Shown: piece after piece, positions 28,904 through 32,000 of the stretch | Layout of the letters: every line of letters begins with the position of its first letter | Numbering within the stretch: position 1 is the stretch's first letter | Assembly (NCBI RefSeq): GCF_000227465.1 | Contig: NC_016047.1 | Coordinates: 1,746,857 to 1,778,856, forward strand | Length of the DNA stretch: 32,000 nt | DNA from: Bacillus spizizenii TU-B-10 | Lineage (GTDB): Bacteria > Bacillota > Bacilli > Bacillales > Bacillaceae | Direction: 5' to 3' | Program-made: the position numbers and the translations under genes | Notes under the pieces: model-generated | Database searches by the model: none | Seen by the model: only the letters and a program-made list of their open reading frames with translations | Told to the model about the DNA's origin: nothing

Positions 28904-30244
28904 ATGGCATTTGAAGGATTAGCCGACCGACTGCAGCAGACGATTTCTAAAATCCGCGGAAAAGGGAAAGTCAGCGAACAAGATGTAAAAGATATGATGC
29001 GTGAGGTTCGTCTTGCGTTGCTTGAGGCTGACGTTAACTTTAAAGTAGTCAAGGATTTTGTCAAAAAAGTAAGTGAACGCGCTGTAGGCCAAGACGTCAT
29101 GAAAAGTCTGACGCCCGGCCAGCAGGTCATTAAAGTTGTTAAAGAGGAACTGACTGAGCTGATGGGCGGCGAAGAGAGCAAAATCGCCGTCGCAAAAAGG
29201 CCGCCGACTGTTATTATGATGGTCGGTCTCCAAGGTGCCGGTAAAACGACAACAAGCGGTAAGCTTGCGAATCTGCTGCGCAAAAAGCATAATCGCAAAC
29301 CGATGCTGGTTGCTGCCGATATTTACCGCCCAGCCGCAATTAAACAGCTGGAAACGCTCGGCAAACAGCTTGACATGCCTGTTTTCTCTCTTGGTGATCA
29401 GGTCAGCCCTGTAGAAATAGCTAAACAGGCTATTGAAAAAGCCAAGGAAGAACATTATGACTATGTCATTTTGGATACGGCGGGCCGCTTGCATATTGAC
29501 CATGAACTGATGGATGAACTGACCAACGTGAAAGAAATCGCCAATCCGGAAGAAATCTTCCTGGTCGTCGATTCAATGACCGGTCAGGACGCTGTAAATG
29601 TTGCCAAAAGCTTTAATGAACAGCTCGGTTTAACCGGTGTTGTGTTAACTAAGCTTGATGGAGACACACGCGGTGGTGCAGCGCTTTCTATTCGCGCAGT
29701 CACAAACACGCCGATTAAGTTCGCTGGTTTAGGCGAAAAGCTTGACGCATTAGAACCGTTCCATCCTGAACGCATGGCATCAAGGATTCTCGGCATGGGC
29801 GACGTGCTGACATTGATTGAAAAAGCACAGGCCAGCGTTGATGAAGACAAAGCCAAAGAGCTGGAACAAAAAATGAGAACAATGAGCTTCACATTGGACG
29901 ATTTTCTGGAGCAGCTCGGGCAGGTCAGAAACATGGGGCCGCTTGATGAGCTTCTGCAAATGATGCCGGGTGCAGGTAAAATGAAAGGCCTGAAAAACAT
30001 CCAAGTTGATGAAAAGCAGCTGAATCATGTGGAAGCAATCATCAAATCAATGACTGTTCTTGAAAAAGAACAGCCGGATATCATCAATGCCAGCCGGCGG
30101 AAGCGGATTGCGAAAGGAAGCGGGACATCCGTGCAGGAAGTCAACCGTCTGCTTAAGCAGTTTGACGAAATGAAAAAAATGATGAAGCAGATGACAAACA
30201 TGTCAAAAGGTAAGAAAAAAGGGTTTAAGCTACCTTTTATGTAA
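28904..30244 (+). CDS. ffh: Signal recognition particle protein Ffh (446 aa)
   Basis: NG domain (GLQGAGKTTT, DTAGR, TKLDGD) and a Met-rich M domain (MMKQMTNM...). AGGAGG RBS. Confidence 0.98.
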   Translation: MAFEGLADRLQQTISKIRGKGKVSEQDVKDMMREVRLALLEADVNFKVVKDFVKKVSERAVGQDVMKSLTPGQQVIKVVKEELTELMGGEESKIAVAKRPPTVIMMVGLQGAGKTTTSGKLANLLRKKHNRKPMLVAADIYRPAAIKQLETLGKQLDMPVFSLGDQVSPVEIAKQAIEKAKEEHYDYVILDTAGRLHIDHELMDELTNVKEIANPEEIFLVVDSMTGQDAVNVAKSFNEQLGLTGVVLTKLDGDTRGGAALSIRAVTNTPIKFAGLGEKLDALEPFHPERMASRILGMGDVLTLIEKAQASVDEDKAKELEQKMRTMSFTLDDFLEQLGQVRNMGPLDELLQMMPGAGKMKGLKNIQVDEKQLNHVEAIIKSMTVLEKEQPDIINASRRKRIAKGSGTSVQEVNRLLKQFDEMKKMMKQMTNMSKGKKKGFKLPFM

Positions 30245-30283
30245 TCGGTTATACATGATAAAACCGTTGTTAAGAAAAAACAC

Positions 30284-30312
30284 TTTACAAACACTTTTAT
30301 CATTGTTAATAT
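30284..30312 (+). promoter_or_regulatory. Candidate sigma-A promoter of the rpsP operon (extended -10)
   Basis: TTTACA (30284-30289), a 17-nt spacer, then TGtTAATAT (TG at 30304-30305, hexamer 30307-30312). Confidence 0.55.
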
Positions 30313-30325
30313 ACTATCTTGTTGA

Positions 30326-30621
<296 letters not shown>

Positions 30622-30622
<1 letters not shown>

Positions 30623-30867
30623 TGACTGATCAACACTTGGAAGATTTGATTGTCCGAATTGTGACGCCGCTTGTTGATCATCCAGATGACATTCGCGTCA
30701 TAAGAGAAGAAACCGATCAAAAGATTGCGCTGCGCTTATCTGTCCATAAGTCAGATACCGGTAAAGTTATCGGAAAGCAAGGCCGGACTGCAAAAGCGAT
30801 TCGAACAGCTGTATTTGCAGCTGGCGCACAGTCTTCTAAGAAAGTTCAATTTGAGATATTTGACTAA
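30622..30867 (+). CDS. khpA: KH-domain RNA-binding protein YlqC / KhpA (81 aa)
   Basis: The type-II KH core with its GxxG loop (VIGKQGRTAKAIRT). The ATG overlaps the rpsP TAA by 1 nt (TAATG). Confidence 0.92.
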
Positions 30868-30898
30868 AAGGGAGAGGGCCGGCACCTCCCCTTTTTTT
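30866..30898 (+). terminator. Intrinsic terminator/attenuator between khpA and ylqD
   Basis: AAAAGGGAGAGG pairs with CCTCCCCTTTT (one bulged A, 7-nt loop), followed by a 7-T run (30892-30898). Confidence 0.6.
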
Positions 30899-30988
30899 AC
30901 ACGCAAAAAAAGGGTAAACTGATAGAAGCTTAGGCAAAATAGAAAAGCCCTGAGCCAAAAAAGTTTTAAAAGCGGGGAGCTTGGTGCG

Positions 30989-31375
30989 ATGCAAATTATT
31001 CACCGTGTAGCCGTTATGCAAGTCTTAACCGAGCGCAGCAAAGAAAAGCTTTTAGCTTCTTTTGCCGAAAAGAAACAAATGCTTGAACGAGAATGCAGCC
31101 AGCTCTATTTTCAGCTTAGAAAACATGAGAAAGAACAGCAAAACCCAGATATGATTGAACAATTTAAAAAGGCAATAGAAAAGCGAAAAGATAACATAAA
31201 AATAATCGATTTTCAAATTGCTCAAGTACATACATTGCCGCTTGGCAGTGAGATGAAAGAAAAGGAAGTCGATGCGCTGCTGACGATTGAAGCCGGGGAT
31301 GACTGGCATGAGAAAACAGCAGCAAACACCATCGTCATAAAAGACGGAAAAGTAATTGAAATTCGCCAGAGGTGA
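30989..31375 (+). CDS. ylqD: YlqD-family protein of unknown function (128 aa)
   Basis: The ORF has a GGGGAG RBS 9 nt upstream. The N-terminal half is predicted helical or coiled ([25 protein letters not shown]). It holds the conserved position between khpA and rimM. Confidence 0.85.
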   Translation: MQIIHRVAVMQVLTERSKEKLLASFAEKKQMLERECSQLYFQLRKHEKEQQNPDMIEQFKKAIEKRKDNIKIIDFQIAQVHTLPLGSEMKEKEVDALLTIEAGDDWHEKTAANTIVIKDGKVIEIRQR

Positions 31376-31379
31376 TCAT

Positions 31380-31904
31380 ATGACAAAGCGATGGTTTAAT
31401 GTAGGTAAAATCGTAAATACCCACGGAATTAAAGGCGAAGTGCGGGTGATTTCGAAAACAGATTTTGCCGAAGAACGGTATAAGCCGGGCAACACGCTGT
31501 ATTTGTTTATGGACGGACGTAACGAGCCAGTGGAAGTAACAGTAAACACGCACAGACTGCATAAGCAATTTCATCTGCTGCAGTTTAAAGAAAGACAAGG
31601 CCTGAATGAAGTAGAGGAACTGAAAAACGCAATCATTAAAGTGCCTGAAGAAGATTTAGGAGAGCTGAATGAGGGAGAATTTTATTTCCACGAAATCATT
31701 GGGTGCGAAGTATTTACCGAAGGCGGCGAACTCATTGGAAAGATTAAGGAAATTTTGACGCCTGGAGCTAATGACGTTTGGGTTATCGGGCGAAAAGGGA
31801 AAAAAGACGCGCTGATTCCTTACATTGAATCAGTGGTCAAACATATCGATGTCAGCGAAAAGAAAATTGAGATTGAACTCATGGAAGGATTAATAGACGA
31901 ATGA
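31380..31904 (+). CDS. rimM: 16S rRNA processing protein RimM (174 aa); start at ATG 31380
   Basis: [23 protein letters not shown] is the canonical RimM N-terminus and a PRC-barrel C-terminus is present. AGAGGTGA RBS at 31368-31375. The track start at 31356 lies inside ylqD. Confidence 0.93.
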   Translation: MTKRWFNVGKIVNTHGIKGEVRVISKTDFAEERYKPGNTLYLFMDGRNEPVEVTVNTHRLHKQFHLLQFKERQGLNEVEELKNAIIKVPEEDLGELNEGEFYFHEIIGCEVFTEGGELIGKIKEILTPGANDVWVIGRKGKKDALIPYIESVVKHIDVSEKKIEIELMEGLIDE

Positions 31905-32000
31905 AAATCGACTTTTTGACGCTGTTTCCCGAAATGTTCGAAGGTGTGCTCGGTTCATCGATTCTTCAAAAAGCCCAGGACAAAGATGCGGTACAGTTTC
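31901..32000 (+). CDS. trmD: tRNA (guanine37-N1)-methyltransferase TrmD, 3'-truncated by the window edge
   Basis: Hand translation gives [33 protein letters not shown], the canonical TrmD N-terminus. The ATG overlaps the rimM TGA (ATGA at 31901-31904). Confidence 0.9.
   Translation, partial: MKIDFLTLFPEMFEGVLGSSILQKAQDKDAVQF

Noticed and set aside
28882-30303. Antisense ORFs within ffh: 28919-29503 (194 aa), 28882-29298 (138 aa), 29584-30000 (138 aa) and others.
   Set aside because: They are nested antisense to a highly conserved gene. They have no Shine-Dalgarno, no recognisable motifs, and no promoter or terminator of their own.

Overview
This window reads as conserved core chromosome of the Bacillus subtilis group, the ylo/ylp/ylq region of strain 168. 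The gene order is coaBC' - priA - def - fmt - rsmB - rlmN - prpC - prkC - cpgA - rpe - thiN - spoVM - rpmB(-) - yloU - yloV - sdaAB - sdaAA - recG - fapR - plsX - fabD - fabG - acpA - rnc - smc - ftsY - ylqB(-) - ylxM - ffh - rpsP - ylqC/khpA - ylqD - rimM - trmD'. I support 34 protein-coding genes, 32 on the + strand and 2 on the - strand, and both edge genes are truncated by the window. Calls rest on catalytic motifs in the translations, Shine-Dalgarno sequences at the expected spacing, and protein lengths matching what I recall for the 168 orthologues. I could not run any alignment. The sequence is probably not 168 itself but a close relative; I cannot quantify identity.

Seven ORF-track entries are over-extended at the 5' end (def, fmt, rlmN, fapR, plsX, fabG, rnc, rimM partly), and I re-set those starts on RBS evidence. 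One real gene, the 26-codon spoVM, is absent from the track.

I see no rRNA, tRNA, CRISPR array, transposase, integrase, phage module, toxin-antitoxin pair or recognisable defence system. No gene looks like an insertion relative to the canonical order. My honest verdict is that this is an ordinary housekeeping region with no convincing undescribed multi-gene system.

The parts most worth a second look are the poorly characterised conserved genes: the yloU Asp23-family partner of the FakA-like yloV, the secreted ylqB, ylxM and ylqD. A handful of regulatory hairpins and operators in the intergenic regions are also worth checking. All long antisense or alternate-frame ORFs in the track look like by-products of codon composition.
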